Positions 50,932 to 60,575 of a stretch of DNA of 64,000 nucleotides are shown here, piece after piece. The notes beneath the pieces were generated by a model. The model made no database searches. It saw only the letters and a program-made list of their open reading frames with translations, and had not been told where the DNA came from. Every line of letters begins with the position of its first letter. Positions within the stretch are counted from its first letter, which is position 1. The stretch covers positions 17,798 through 81,797 of the forward strand of contig SYIL01000030.1 of NCBI GenBank assembly GCA_005798825.1. The letters are read 5' to 3'. The DNA comes from Bacteroidota bacterium. Its GTDB lineage: Bacteria; Bacteroidota; Bacteroidia; NS11-12g; UBA955. The translations under genes were made by a program, and so were the position numbers.

Positions 50932-52191
50932 CTATCTGGGTTTAGAGAAAAGGGTTTTGTATATTTCAATCAGTTGTGGTTCTTCGTTTTTCCAAATCCA
51001 GTTGCGGGCGGCATCTTTGCAATTGGATTGTATTGTGTGATACAATTTTTGGTTGGTGAGCATTTCATTGGCTTGACCAATAATACTTTCAATAGTAGGT
51101 TCTGTGATTAAACCCACCTGAAATTCTTCCATTAATTTTTCATATTCCGGAAATGGGTTAACAAGGCTCGGTAAATGCGCTTGAACGTAGTCGAAAAATT
51201 TATTATTGAGCGAAAGGTAATAACTCAAACCTGCATTTTCGCTTACATTATATCCAAGGTAGGCCATTGAAGCCAAGGCAGGTAATTGGCTTGGATCGAG
51301 CATACCCAAAAAGAAAATTTTTTGTTGCAGATTTTCGCTTAATACGAGTCCCTTGAGCGATTGGCTGAGATTGCCTTCCCCTACCAAAATCAAATTACAA
51401 GGAATTTGGTGCATTGCACGAATCAAAATTTCAAGTCCCCGTCCTTCATTTAGGGCCCCTTGGTATAGAATAAATCGTTGATTTTTTAGAATTTCTACAG
51501 TAGAATGGGGTAGTGTTTGAATAACAATGTTGGATGGGAAATGGATTTCGGACGCTTCGTTTTGTTTGGCATTGGCAGCGAGGGGATGTTGGGCATCTAT
51601 CCCAACATTGGCATCTATCCCAACATTGTCTTTCACGAACTTAGTACTCTGGTGAATATACCCTATGGGCATATTTCGCAAAACAAAGACAGGCTTTTGG
51701 TATTTTTCTTCAAACCAATGGGCAATGGCCGATCCAACAGTATAGTTGGCAGTACTGTTATTGAACGTAAACCGTTGAATTGTAAGCCATATTTTTTGTA
51801 TAACGGGGCGACGCTGTACCTCGGGTGTATGGCTAAATAATTCATGGGCGTCGAATATATGGGGCTTGGATTTTAATTTACATACAAGAATTCCTGGCAC
51901 AGAGGTGTCGAGATCTATGCTGCAGATTGCATCGAAGCGTTGAAAAAGCAAGTAGAAAAATAAGCGAATAGAATATTCGAGATAAAACAATTTCCCTTTT
52001 GAGAAAACAAGGTATTGAAGGCGAGTTTGAATAAAAAGCTTTGCTTCGAGCGGCTTAGATTGTTTGAGTTGGCGCCCAATTAATACTGTGTCGTATCCTG
52101 CTTTGGCCATGGAGTTACAAATGCGATGCATTCGCTGATCAAAACTCAAATCATTGCTTACAGTGAATATTATTCTTCTACCCATTCCCAA
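50932..52191 (-). CDS. Glycosyltransferase family 4
   Basis: 419 aa. 'RRIIFTVSNDLSFDQRMHRICNSMAKAGYDTVLIG' N-domain. Contains a perfect 18-bp in-frame tandem duplication (NVGIDA x2). Confidence 0.7.
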   Translation of the reverse strand: MGMGRRIIFTVSNDLSFDQRMHRICNSMAKAGYDTVLIGRQLKQSKPLEAKLFIQTRLQYLVFSKGKLFYLEYSIRLFFYLLFQRFDAICSIDLDTSVPGILVCKLKSKPHIFDAHELFSHTPEVQRRPVIQKIWLTIQRFTFNNSTANYTVGSAIAHWFEEKYQKPVFVLRNMPIGYIHQSTKFVKDNVGIDANVGIDAQHPLAANAKQNEASEIHFPSNIVIQTLPHSTVEILKNQRFILYQGALNEGRGLEILIRAMHQIPCNLILVGEGNLSQSLKGLVLSENLQQKIFFLGMLDPSQLPALASMAYLGYNVSENAGLSYYLSLNNKFFDYVQAHLPSLVNPFPEYEKLMEEFQVGLITEPTIESIIGQANEMLTNQKLYHTIQSNCKDAARNWIWKNEEPQLIEIYKTLFSKPR

Positions 52192-54074
52192 TCGCCGTTT
52201 GCGTTTTCAATAATACAACCTTCATCGAGTAATTCACGAAGGATTTGGGTGTACAATGCTTTTTTGCTTAGGGAAAGCGTATTTAAAACCTCATTGGGCT
52301 TTTGGGGCTTGTGTATGAGGGTATTTTGCCACCATTGTCGAATGGGCGTGCGTTTTATCTCGGGTGAACGCATGCATACATCGCACAATCCACATGCAGT
52401 CAGGGTAGCTGACATTGTGCTTGTATTTTTAAAATAATCTAGCCAAAAAATTGAGCGACAGGACTTTCCAGAGGCATATTCTTTCATTTTTTGTAAAGAA
52501 AGGAGTCTTCTTTCAAACAATATTTTTAATGCTTCTGTATCTATGGTTGGGTAAAGTGATCGGGATTCAGGCAAAGCGATTGAAGGCAAATTGGTTTGCG
52601 GTGAATATTTCAAGATCCCCATTGCATCCAGTTGATAGAGGTTTTCTATTATCTGTTCTTTGGTGATTCGCAGACGTTTTGCCAAGCCTTCCTCGTAAAT
52701 GATAGCGGGATGGTCAAAAATACCACCGTGAGATCTCAAAAGATTTTCTAAGAGTGGTTCTAGATTTTTGTTTGGGAATCTTGAATTGCCAAAATCTTCT
52801 ATTCTGCGAAGTATTTTTACCTTTGAAGGCATCCAATTTTCTTCCAAAAAATGCCACTGTCCAATGACCTCTAAAGCTTTAATACCATACACTAAATCGC
52901 GCATTGGGATACTATTTTGTTCAGAAATAGCATATAAATCAAGGGGAAATAGTTGAAACTCTCCTTCTCCACCAGACAGTTGTATATGGTTCATTGTAGC
53001 ATGGTAAATGAATTTTAGCGCTTTTTCTCCGGGGTGTTGTTTGACCAGATCTTCCTGCATTTGCACCCAATCTTGCGGCCGATGAAGCAAAATACAATAA
53101 CTTTTTTTCCCATCCCTTCCGGCCCTTCCAGATTCCTGGTAATAATCTTCTGGATTCTTGGGTGGGTGGGTGTGAACAACCAAGCGCACATCAGATTTAT
53201 CAACTCCCATTCCAAAAGCATTGGTACAAACCATAATTCTGAATTGGTTTTTAATCCAAGCAGTTTGCCGATCTGCCCGCTGATTATGGCTCAATCCGGC
53301 ATGGTAAAATGTGGCAGAATATCCCAAATTTACCAACATTTTGGTCGTTTCTTCAACCTCCTTTCGGGTATGAGCGAATACCAAGGTACTCCCCCTTGAT
53401 TTTTCAATTAAACGGGTCAAACTCCCCGCTTTATTTTCGGTTTTTATGCCATAGAAAACCAGATTTTTTCTTGTAAAATCCCCCGAGTAAATGGAAGGAT
53501 TTATTAATTGCAGACCCGAAATAATGTCGTCTTGAATCCATTGTGGTGCACTCGCCGTGAATGCTGCGATGGGGATGCCTGGCAACAATTTTCGCACCGC
53601 AACCAATTTTTGATAGGATGGCCTAAAGTCTTGACCCCACATCGAGATACAATGGGCTTCATCAATGACCAACATTTTGATTGAAAGATTGGCTATGTAT
53701 CCACGGAAATTTTGGGTTGCCAATCTTTCCGGTGATAAGTAAAGCAAGCGATAATGCCCTTTCAATGCATTTTCCAAGATTGTCTTTGATTCTGTGTGGG
53801 TATGGCCGCTGTGCAAGGCCTCTGCTGGGATATTTTTCTTTTGTAAGGCGTCAACCTGGTCTTTCATCAATGCAATGAGTGGAGAAATAACCAAAGTGAG
53901 TCCATCGTGAATCAGGGCAGGCAATTGGAAACAAATACTTTTTCCACCCCCTGTTGGCAACAAAGCCATTGTGTCTTTGCCCGACATTAAAGACTGTATG
54001 ATGGCCAATTGTTCAGGGCGAAAATCGTCAAATCCCCAATATTTATTGAGGATTTCCTTGTGTGTTAGGGCCAT
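52170..54074 (-). CDS. recQ: ATP-dependent DNA helicase RecQ
   Basis: 634 aa. Helicase motifs 'LLPTGGGKS' and 'DEAHCISMWGQDFRPSY', plus a Zn-binding Cys cluster and the RQC/HRDC region. Confidence 0.9.
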   Translation of the reverse strand: MALTHKEILNKYWGFDDFRPEQLAIIQSLMSGKDTMALLPTGGGKSICFQLPALIHDGLTLVISPLIALMKDQVDALQKKNIPAEALHSGHTHTESKTILENALKGHYRLLYLSPERLATQNFRGYIANLSIKMLVIDEAHCISMWGQDFRPSYQKLVAVRKLLPGIPIAAFTASAPQWIQDDIISGLQLINPSIYSGDFTRKNLVFYGIKTENKAGSLTRLIEKSRGSTLVFAHTRKEVEETTKMLVNLGYSATFYHAGLSHNQRADRQTAWIKNQFRIMVCTNAFGMGVDKSDVRLVVHTHPPKNPEDYYQESGRAGRDGKKSYCILLHRPQDWVQMQEDLVKQHPGEKALKFIYHATMNHIQLSGGEGEFQLFPLDLYAISEQNSIPMRDLVYGIKALEVIGQWHFLEENWMPSKVKILRRIEDFGNSRFPNKNLEPLLENLLRSHGGIFDHPAIIYEEGLAKRLRITKEQIIENLYQLDAMGILKYSPQTNLPSIALPESRSLYPTIDTEALKILFERRLLSLQKMKEYASGKSCRSIFWLDYFKNTSTMSATLTACGLCDVCMRSPEIKRTPIRQWWQNTLIHKPQKPNEVLNTLSLSKKALYTQILRELLDEGCIIENANGDWEWVEE

Positions 54075-54083
54075 TTTTTTGGA

Positions 54084-55082
54084 TCAATCGGTCAAAACTT
54101 GATGTCTGAAGATGTCGATACTGTTATGCAAATGTTGAAAAAACTGATTTCGGGATTTTTCAGCTACCACACTGAGCATGGTGCTTTTTGATATCATGTT
54201 GTTAAGCCATGAATAAATGCTCTCATTGAAATATTTGTTATTGCTGCGCATAAAATTGAATGAATTGTATCCAATATAGCTCGCTTGATTTATATCGGAA
54301 CGCAGTTGAACAGTATTGTTGCCAATCATTAACTCGCTGTTGTATAGGGTGAATTTAATATCCAAAAATTCGTCTTTAATGGGGTTGTATTTTTTCCCTG
54401 TAGAACATTGTTTTGCTGCCATAGAGACAATACTATCCAAATCATCTATGATACAGAGTACAGAATTCTTTTCTTCGAAAAAGCCGGATTCCCAGTAGAA
54501 TTTGATTTGTTGTAGGGTACTTTTCAATGTGTCGTCATTCCAAATTTCGGTGCTTGGAATACGTAAAAATTTCTCTTGTATTTTGGGTACTTCGGTCATC
54601 CATGCAGCTGGTAATTTAATCTCATCAATTTTTTTGTCTTGAAATGCATCTGAATTAAGAATGCTTTTATTCCAATAAATCATTTTAAATAAACCTAGCC
54701 GTGGGAAAAAAAAATTGTAAAAAACGGGCAAATCTTCACAGGCGTATATCAAATGGTAATTGGGGTATTTCATAATCCAACCCAAATCGTTATGCAATAC
54801 CTGAAGGTAATGGCCAAAGCTTTCTGTATCAGATGAGAGTTTATTGGTTTTAAAAGCAACAATTTCAGAATTTATTTCCGACAGAGATTCTAAGGGGAGA
54901 TCGAAATGCTTGCAAATGGAAAAGGTTTCAGACAATGTGAGTTCTGTTTGGCAACGAAGTCGTCTGTAAATAGAGTCTAAACTGGTTTCAAGTAGTTCAC
55001 TCAATTCTTCTGCAAGGCTCAAATGTGAGGGAGTTACATTTTTCAATAACGCAATAAATTGCTTTTGAATATGGGTGTCCAT
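54084..55082 (-). CDS. Hypothetical protein with N-terminal HTH-like segment
   Basis: 332 aa. 'LSLAEELSELLETSLDSIYRRL' looks like an HTH. No catalytic motif. There is a 10-nt gap to recQ. Confidence 0.4.
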   Translation of the reverse strand: MDTHIQKQFIALLKNVTPSHLSLAEELSELLETSLDSIYRRLRCQTELTLSETFSICKHFDLPLESLSEINSEIVAFKTNKLSSDTESFGHYLQVLHNDLGWIMKYPNYHLIYACEDLPVFYNFFFPRLGLFKMIYWNKSILNSDAFQDKKIDEIKLPAAWMTEVPKIQEKFLRIPSTEIWNDDTLKSTLQQIKFYWESGFFEEKNSVLCIIDDLDSIVSMAAKQCSTGKKYNPIKDEFLDIKFTLYNSELMIGNNTVQLRSDINQASYIGYNSFNFMRSNNKYFNESIYSWLNNMISKSTMLSVVAEKSRNQFFQHLHNSIDIFRHQVLTD

Positions 55083-55160
55083 TGAATTGATTTTTGGTAA
55101 AAGTATACAATAAAAACAGTAAAAAAAATAGCAATTCCAGTCCAGGGCGAGGAATTATAA

Positions 55161-55823
55161 TTAAGACGCGCTGAGGACCAAGTTCCCATCGCACATCTGT
55201 AATTTGCGATCGGCGATGTTTGCCAATGACATATTGTGCGTAACAATCACAAAAGTTTGCCCAAAATCATCGCGCATTTTCAGAAAATACTCCTGAATTA
55301 ATTCGGCATTTTGGGTATCTAAATTTCCGGTGGGCTCATCGGCAAAGATTACCCTGGGTTTGTTAAATTGCGCCCTAGCGATAGCAACACGTTGCTGTTC
55401 ACCGCCAGAAAGTTGCTTGGGTTTGTGGTGTATTCTGTCAGAAAGTCCCAAATAATCCAATAACTCCTGGGCTCTGAGGGCTGCTTTTTGTTTACCCATT
55501 TTGGCGATAAGTCCGGGCATCATTGCATTTTCAAGGGCTGTGAATTCAGGCAATAATTGGTGAAATTGAAAAACAAAACCCAATTCCTTGTTTCGAAACG
55601 CTGCAATTTTGTTTGCAGACAATTCTAGTATTGATGTATTGTGTATGGAAATTTCTCCCTGGCTTGGTTTGTCAAGTGTACCCAATAGCTGAAGCAAGGT
55701 GCTTTTTCCTGCCCCACTTTCTCCGGTGATTGCCAAAATTTCTCCAGAGGAAATCTCTAAGTTGATACCTTTCACAACATGAAGATGGCCATAATACTTG
55801 TGTAAATTTTTACAGAAAACCAT
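55161..55823 (-). CDS. ABC transporter ATP-binding protein (LolD/MacB-ATPase-like), no adjacent permease
   Basis: 220 aa. Walker A 'GESGAGKST', signature '[14 protein letters not shown]' and Walker B '[12 protein letters not shown]'. Confidence 0.8.
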   Translation of the reverse strand: MVFCKNLHKYYGHLHVVKGINLEISSGEILAITGESGAGKSTLLQLLGTLDKPSQGEISIHNTSILELSANKIAAFRNKELGFVFQFHQLLPEFTALENAMMPGLIAKMGKQKAALRAQELLDYLGLSDRIHHKPKQLSGGEQQRVAIARAQFNKPRVIFADEPTGNLDTQNAELIQEYFLKMRDDFGQTFVIVTHNMSLANIADRKLQMCDGNLVLSAS

Positions 55824-55905
55824 AATGAAAACCTAAGAAAATACCTTTAATTGGATCAAAGTTAGTTATTTTCGCGAACGAATAATGTAGCATTTTTCTC
55901 AGAGT

Positions 55906-57120
55906 ATGAATATCCACGAGTATCAAGCCAAAGAAATTCTGAAACAATACGGAGTAGCCGTTCAAGAGGGATTTATTGTAGAATCTCCGGAACAAGCGAT
56001 GGAAGCTGCCCAGAAGATAAGAGATCATTTTCACAGTGACTGGTGTGTTTTGAAAGCACAGATTCATGCGGGGGGTCGGGGAAAAGGAAAGATACAAGGA
56101 AGCGAACAACGTGGAGTCCAATTGGCCAAAAGCCCCGAGCAGGCTGCTGAAATCGCAAAAAATATGTTGGGAGGAACCCTTGTTACCATTCAAACCGGAG
56201 AAGTGGGAAAAGTTGTTGGGAAAGTATTGGTTGCACAAGATGTTTTTTATCCTGGCAACACTGATCCCAAAGAATTTTACATGAGTGTTCTTTTGGATCG
56301 AACCAAAAAACAAAACGTTATTATTTACACAACGGAGGGTGGAATGAATATTGAGGAAGTTGCAGAGGAACACCCCGAAAAAATTCACAGGGAATGGGTA
56401 AATCCTTCGATTGGTTTGCAACCTTTCCAAGCAAGAAAAATTGCATTTAATCTTGGACTCACAGGCAAATCATTCAAGGAGATGGTGGCATTTGTAGTTG
56501 CTTTATATAGGGCATACGATGAAACTGATAGTGCAATGTTTGAAATAAACCCAGTGCTTAAAACTTCGGATGATCGAATTATTGCGGTGGATGCAAAAGT
56601 GAATTTAGATGACAATGCTTTATACCGCCACCCCGAATTTTTAGTACTCCGGGACCTTGCTGAAGAAGATCCTACCGAAGTTGAAGCAGGCAAATACAAC
56701 TTGAATTATGTAAAATTAGACGGGAATGTTGGCTGCATGGTTAATGGTGCGGGTCTAGCGATGGCAACCATGGACATCATTAAACTCAGTGGGGGTGAGC
56801 CTGCAAATTTCCTAGACGTGGGCGGTGCGGCAAATGCAGAAACCGTTGAGGCAGGGTTTCGTATTATTATGAGCGACCCAAATGTAAAAGCAATACTTAT
56901 CAATATTTTTGGGGGTATTGTTCGCTGTGATAGAGTCGCCAATGGGGTCGTGGAGGCATATCGAAAAATCGGAAATGTTCACATACCCATCATTGTTCGT
57001 TTGCAAGGAACCAATGCGCAAGAAGCCAAACAAATTATTGACGAAAGCGGTTTAAAGGTTTACAGTGCGATTGCCCTTCATGACGCAGCCATACTGGTTG
57101 AAAAAGTTCTTAAAGCATAA
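55906..57120 (+). CDS. sucC: Succinate--CoA ligase (ADP-forming) subunit beta
   Basis: 404 aa. '[12 protein letters not shown]' ATP-grasp N-terminus and a C-terminal CoA-ligase domain. Confidence 0.9.
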   Translation: MNIHEYQAKEILKQYGVAVQEGFIVESPEQAMEAAQKIRDHFHSDWCVLKAQIHAGGRGKGKIQGSEQRGVQLAKSPEQAAEIAKNMLGGTLVTIQTGEVGKVVGKVLVAQDVFYPGNTDPKEFYMSVLLDRTKKQNVIIYTTEGGMNIEEVAEEHPEKIHREWVNPSIGLQPFQARKIAFNLGLTGKSFKEMVAFVVALYRAYDETDSAMFEINPVLKTSDDRIIAVDAKVNLDDNALYRHPEFLVLRDLAEEDPTEVEAGKYNLNYVKLDGNVGCMVNGAGLAMATMDIIKLSGGEPANFLDVGGAANAETVEAGFRIIMSDPNVKAILINIFGGIVRCDRVANGVVEAYRKIGNVHIPIIVRLQGTNAQEAKQIIDESGLKVYSAIALHDAAILVEKVLKA

Positions 57121-57382
57121 ATCGTGGTGGTGAATAGAATAAATCGATGAATTGAAATTCTGCAGACAATCGCTTGATTCAATAAGGGTTACAACTTGAC
57201 AAAATCACTGCGCTTTTGTGCTCGCAAAGATTTAATGAAAACTGGGTTTCATCTGATTTTCCAGTGTGTACTTTGTGAATTGCACGCGCATTTTGTTGGT
57301 GACTGTACAATTCAAAAGGCAGTTGGCTTTTTGGTTAATAAGGTAGAAAATCGCCTCGCATCCATTGCGTATCTTTGAAAAT

Positions 57383-60300
57383 ATGAGATCCTTATGGTTT
57401 GTCGTATTGATGGCAGCAACAAGTTCCTTATTGGGCCAAGAAGGTATGCAGAATCAGTTTCCCGAAACATATTTTGTAAGGGGAATTGAATTGTACAGGG
57501 AAGGCAGATTTAATGCCGCTGCAGCCCAGTTTAAAAATTATATTAATGTTCCAGTGACGAGTACCCACAGCATTGAAGCAGGTTACTATTACTCTATTTC
57601 CAAGCTTAAGGCTGGGCATACTGATGGGGTAGCTTCCCTGCAGCAATTTCTAGAAAAAAATCCAGGATCACTCAAAATAACCGAAGCCAATTTGGCTTTG
57701 GGAGATTATTATTATCTCAAGATGCGCTATGGAAATGCAATGCGCTTTTATAAAAACGTCGATGCCAAAGCAATTGACAAGGATTTACGCGCACAATTTA
57801 ATTACCGAAAGGGATATTGTGCTGTATCACAAAAAAAATATAAAGAAGCTGCTGAAACGTTAAAAAGTGTTGCAAATAGCCCGGGCGAATACCGCGATCT
57901 AGCAAGTTATTATTTTGGTTTTGCTTGTTTAATGCTGGAGGATTTTCCACAATCTATACAAGCATTAGAAAGAATTAGAGACAAGGGCTATGAAAATGTT
58001 CGCCTGTATCTTGCCCAAGTGCATTACCAAATGAGCAATTATGACTATGCATTGTCAGAACTCGAGAAAGTGGGTAAAAATATTCCGCGCAATCAGGTGG
58101 AATGGTTAAAAGGTAAGAGTTATTTCCGAAAAAATAATTTTGAAAAAGCCGCTGAGTCATTCCGTTTGGCCCAGTTATCGCCAGACACCCTTGCTGTTGA
58201 GGAAAGATATGAAATTGGCTATTCATTATACAGAACAGGAGATTATAAAGGCAGTGAGATATGGCTTCGAAGTGTTGCAGCAGGGAGAGATAGTCTTTCT
58301 CAAATTGCCAGTTTTCAATTGGGAAATGCATTGATGAAACAGAAAAATAACCGCGAGGCGATGAATGCTTTTGCGGAGGCTTTTCGTTCAGGATTCAATG
58401 CAGACATTGCTGAGATTGCTTTGTTTAATCAAGCCAAGTTGGCTATACAATTGGGAGATTATAGTTCCATTGCCCTGCTAGATAAATATGTAAAGTTGTT
58501 TCCGAACAACAGCAATGTAAAGGAAGCGATTAAGCTAAAAGCCAGATTGTTAATCAATACGGATAGTTATAGAGAAGCGGTTGCGCTTCTCGACGCTTTG
58601 GATGAATTAGATGCACAAACCGAGGAAATATACCAAAGAGTAACCCTAGCAAGGGGAATGGAGTTGTTTAAAAGCCGAAATTTCAATGGCGCCATCGAGT
58701 TATTTGACAAATGTGCTTCGAAACGGGCAAATGCCGATATGGGAGCACAGGCGGTATTTTGGAAGGCAGAATCCTATATGCAGCAAGGCAATGTTGCTCT
58801 GGCGATGTCGGCTTACCAAATATTTTTAGATCGTCCATCTGCAGCTACAACTGAAGTTCAGCCTTATGCTTATTACGGAATGGGGTATATCAAATACGGA
58901 TTGAAACAATATGAAGAAGCTGCTTTGGATTTCAATAAGTTTACCCTTAAGGCCGCAAATGGGCGCTATGAAGAGCGCATGGTTCACGATGGGTATTTGC
59001 GCTTGGGAGATTGTAATTTTATGATCAAGCAATTAGACGAAGCCTTAAAAGCCTTCGCCTATGTGAGTGTTAAAAAGGGAAATGATGCAGATTATGCTCT
59101 TTATCAGAGTGGGTTGATATACGGACTTTTAGAAAAATCAGATGAAAAGTTGGGTGTGCTAAAACGACTCATCGAGAATTTTCCTAATTCGCGGTTGATT
59201 GTGGATGCTTATTTCGCGATTGCAGAGGAGTATATGGTTTCAGACAGAAGTGTCGATGCAGAGAAATATTACAGTGAAATATTGCAAAAGTTTCCAAATA
59301 ATCCTATGGCAAGCAAGGCATATTCTCCATTGGGTCGGATTTACTACAACAATAACAAGCCGAATGAAGCCATCCAGACCTATACCAAATTATACGATTC
59401 TTATCCAGGAACAGCCGAAGCACAAGCAGCCAATGAAATGGTTAGAAAAATTTATTCTGAGCAAGGAAATGCCAAAGAATATGTGCGTTGGAAAAAAAAT
59501 CGTGGTGGAATTTCTGACAATGATCAAGATAGTTTGCTATACGATGCCGCATACAGTGCGTATGAGAAATCGGACTACCCTATGGCAAAAAAAGGATTTG
59601 ATACGTATCTCAATGATTTTCCAAAAGGAGCATTTTATTTTTCAGCAAATTATTATTTGGCGCAAAGCAATGAAAAACTCAATAATACAGCAGAAGCGAT
59701 CAAATACTATTCACTGGTTGCTTTATCCAATAGCGGTGAGCTGAAGGAAGATGCGGCAATGGCAGTATTAAAATTGCTCGGAGACGGTTCTTCTTGTGAA
59801 CAAATAACGCCTTTTGTAGAGGTGCTTGAGCCGATAACCCATTCTCGAGAAACCCAACAAAATTGTTGGAAGACCCTTATGTATTGTTATGCCAAAAACG
59901 ACAACACGACCTTATTAGAATCAATTTCAACCAAGGTCTTGGCCGACGCATCTTCACCACAAGAACTGCGAACGGAAGCCAAATTGGTTTTGGTAAAAGC
60001 CGATATCAAATTGGGCAGGACAGACAATTCCATGAATGATTTGAAAAATATCTACAGTGGAGATAACAATCGGTTTGCCGCAGAAGCCAAATATGTTGAA
60101 GCCGAACTTCTATATTCTAAAGACAGTATTGAGGCTTGTAAAAATGCCTGCTATGGTATTCTTGATGGTTTTAATGGTTACGATTTATGGGTGGGGAAGG
60201 CTTTGATATTATTGGGAGACGCGTTTAAAAAAGAGACAGATTTTTTTAATGCCAAAGCCACATGGAATGGGGTTATTGAAAATTTTGATATACCAGAATT

Positions 60301-60385
60301 GACCAAGCAAGCCAAAGTTAAACTTGATCAGTTGGCGGCTGAACAATTGGCATCCGAACAATTGCCTGTTCCAAAGGCTGAATAA
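57383..60385 (+). CDS. Large secreted tetratricopeptide-repeat protein
   Basis: About 1000 aa from the ATG at ~57383 (MRSLWFVVLMAATSSLLGQ, a signal peptide). Numerous TPR-like repeats (W/LG/Y x AxxxF/Y patterns). Confidence 0.65.
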   Translation: MRSLWFVVLMAATSSLLGQEGMQNQFPETYFVRGIELYREGRFNAAAAQFKNYINVPVTSTHSIEAGYYYSISKLKAGHTDGVASLQQFLEKNPGSLKITEANLALGDYYYLKMRYGNAMRFYKNVDAKAIDKDLRAQFNYRKGYCAVSQKKYKEAAETLKSVANSPGEYRDLASYYFGFACLMLEDFPQSIQALERIRDKGYENVRLYLAQVHYQMSNYDYALSELEKVGKNIPRNQVEWLKGKSYFRKNNFEKAAESFRLAQLSPDTLAVEERYEIGYSLYRTGDYKGSEIWLRSVAAGRDSLSQIASFQLGNALMKQKNNREAMNAFAEAFRSGFNADIAEIALFNQAKLAIQLGDYSSIALLDKYVKLFPNNSNVKEAIKLKARLLINTDSYREAVALLDALDELDAQTEEIYQRVTLARGMELFKSRNFNGAIELFDKCASKRANADMGAQAVFWKAESYMQQGNVALAMSAYQIFLDRPSAATTEVQPYAYYGMGYIKYGLKQYEEAALDFNKFTLKAANGRYEERMVHDGYLRLGDCNFMIKQLDEALKAFAYVSVKKGNDADYALYQSGLIYGLLEKSDEKLGVLKRLIENFPNSRLIVDAYFAIAEEYMVSDRSVDAEKYYSEILQKFPNNPMASKAYSPLGRIYYNNNKPNEAIQTYTKLYDSYPGTAEAQAANEMVRKIYSEQGNAKEYVRWKKNRGGISDNDQDSLLYDAAYSAYEKSDYPMAKKGFDTYLNDFPKGAFYFSANYYLAQSNEKLNNTAEAIKYYSLVALSNSGELKEDAAMAVLKLLGDGSSCEQITPFVEVLEPITHSRETQQNCWKTLMYCYAKNDNTTLLESISTKVLADASSPQELRTEAKLVLVKADIKLGRTDNSMNDLKNIYSGDNNRFAAEAKYVEAELLYSKDSIEACKNACYGILDGFNGYDLWVGKALILLGDAFKKETDFFNAKATWNGVIENFDIPELTKQAKVKLDQLAAEQLASEQLPVPKAE

Positions 60386-60575
60386 TATATTTCGATTCGG
60401 CCACCAAGGTATACTTCTTCACCAAACATTTCTATTTCCTGAGGTATAGTCAAGATTTCAAAGGTAGTAAATCGCATTCTCGTTCAATGAACTTGTATGG
60501 CGACTTTCATTTAGTTTTAAATGACAATTGTGCAGTAGATTCTCTGCTCTGTATATCGGATAAACCGGTTTGCTC

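Noticed and set aside
55810-56430. 206-aa minus-strand ORF overlapping the sucC 5' half
   Set aside because: It is entirely antisense to the well-supported sucC gene, its translation is low-complexity with no motifs, and its start overlaps the lolD-like gene. It is a typical AT-rich antisense artefact.
57196-57378. 60-aa ORF in the sucC-TPR intergenic region
   Set aside because: It has no signal or conservation cues, it overlaps the likely promoter of the TPR gene, and it is probably spurious.
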